From positions 7,006,001 through 7,070,000 of the forward strand of contig CP110439.1 in the NCBI GenBank assembly GCA_026914245.1: a stretch of 64,000 nucleotides of DNA. The letters run 5' to 3'. Below are positions 63,130-64,000 of the stretch, one piece after another. The stretch comes from Puccinia triticina. Taxonomy: Eukaryota. The notes beneath the pieces were generated by a model, which saw only the letters and a program-made list of their open reading frames with translations, had not been told where the DNA came from and made no database searches. A program made the translations under genes and the position numbers. Position 1 is the first letter of the stretch. Each line of letters opens with the position of its first letter.

Positions 63130-63765
63130 ATCAATGTCAAGACTCCTCTTGATAACCGGGTCTGTTCCGGTCACTGAGAGGAGCAAATATGTACTCCTCT
63201 CAATTACTGGTTCTCTTGGCCAGTCATCGAGAGGAGTAAACAATCACCTCGATGAACGGTTCTCTCCGTTCATCGAGAGGAGTAAACACTTGTACATCCT
63301 TGATGACCGGGCCCGTTCCGGTCATTGAGAAGAGTACAATGTAAGATAACTCCCCTCGATGACTGGTCTGCTTGGGTCATCGAGAGGAGTGTTTCCTCCT
63401 CTTGATGACCGGGTTTGCTCCTGTCATCGAGATACGTGCGTGGTCCTCTCCAGTCATCGAGAGGAGTAAACAACTCGACTCAATGACTGGGCGGTTCTCT
63501 CCGGTCATCGAGAGGAGTATAATATAAGATGACCCCTCTCAATGACTGGTCCACTCGGGTCATCAAGAGAAGTTTTTCCTTCTTTTGCTCCGGTCATCAA
63601 TATACATGCGTCCCGATGACCAGAACGTTCTGGTCATCAATGTACATGCCTCCCGATGACCAGAAAATTCCGGTCATCGAGGGGAGTATGCTATACTCCT
63701 ATTGATGACCAGAACGTTCCGGTCATTGAGCAGAGTATGCTATACTCCTACTGATGACTGGAACG
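63130..63765. repeat. Double-hairpin array 6 with variable spacing
   Basis: ggtcatcgagaggag / ctcctctcgatgacc in alternating orientation; one measured period 49 bp (63672 to 63721). Confidence 0.8.
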
Positions 63766-64000
63766 AGGGAGGTGGGTGGTGCTGGAGGAGTGAGATCTGT
63801 CTGTTGGATTGCAGCTTGAACTGCCAGTCCATAATTGGAGCTGAGCCGCGACTGCTGTGACATGTGCTTGCGGGCCGGGGAACGCAGGCCAACTGCCCCC
63901 TGGACCGTTGGAGATGCTCTAACCGCTTCCGGGGGGGGCCCGGTTTGGCGGGTAGGGATGATGGGCCGTGCGGGGCCGCTGGCGACTTGTTGGTGGCTTG

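Overview
Eukaryotic, intron-containing, transposon-dense DNA. Short introns with CTRAC branch points, the secreted-protein families and a TpCpG-biased mutation pattern suggest a rust fungus (Pucciniales, Puccinia-like); this is inference. Host-type genes: two tandem paralogous secreted-protein genes (1220-2439 and 4318-5588, minus), a Pro-rich coiled-coil/TM gene ending in FVPT (6834-10263), and an internally duplicated, partly decayed secreted-type gene (15413-18429). The rest is nested mobile DNA, mostly delimited by TIRs/LTRs and target-site duplications (TSDs). This includes a Copia element with 98-bp LTRs and a half-tRNA-Lys-like primer site, a non-autonomous Helitron carrying an apparently intact spliced glutathione S-transferase gene, a 15.9-kb MULE with an OTU protease domain that contains a hAT and a solo LTR, and a tyrosine-recombinase (DIRS/Ngaro-type) retroelement split by a 2.1-kb solo LTR. 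Four CAAC-type MITEs have 7-bp TSDs. The most unusual signal is six tandem arrays of different sequence sharing one architecture: an inverted motif in alternating orientation giving a double-hairpin unit, exactly 46 bp in four arrays, found in at least two DNA-transposon superfamilies. All coordinates were read by eye; no searches or folding were run.
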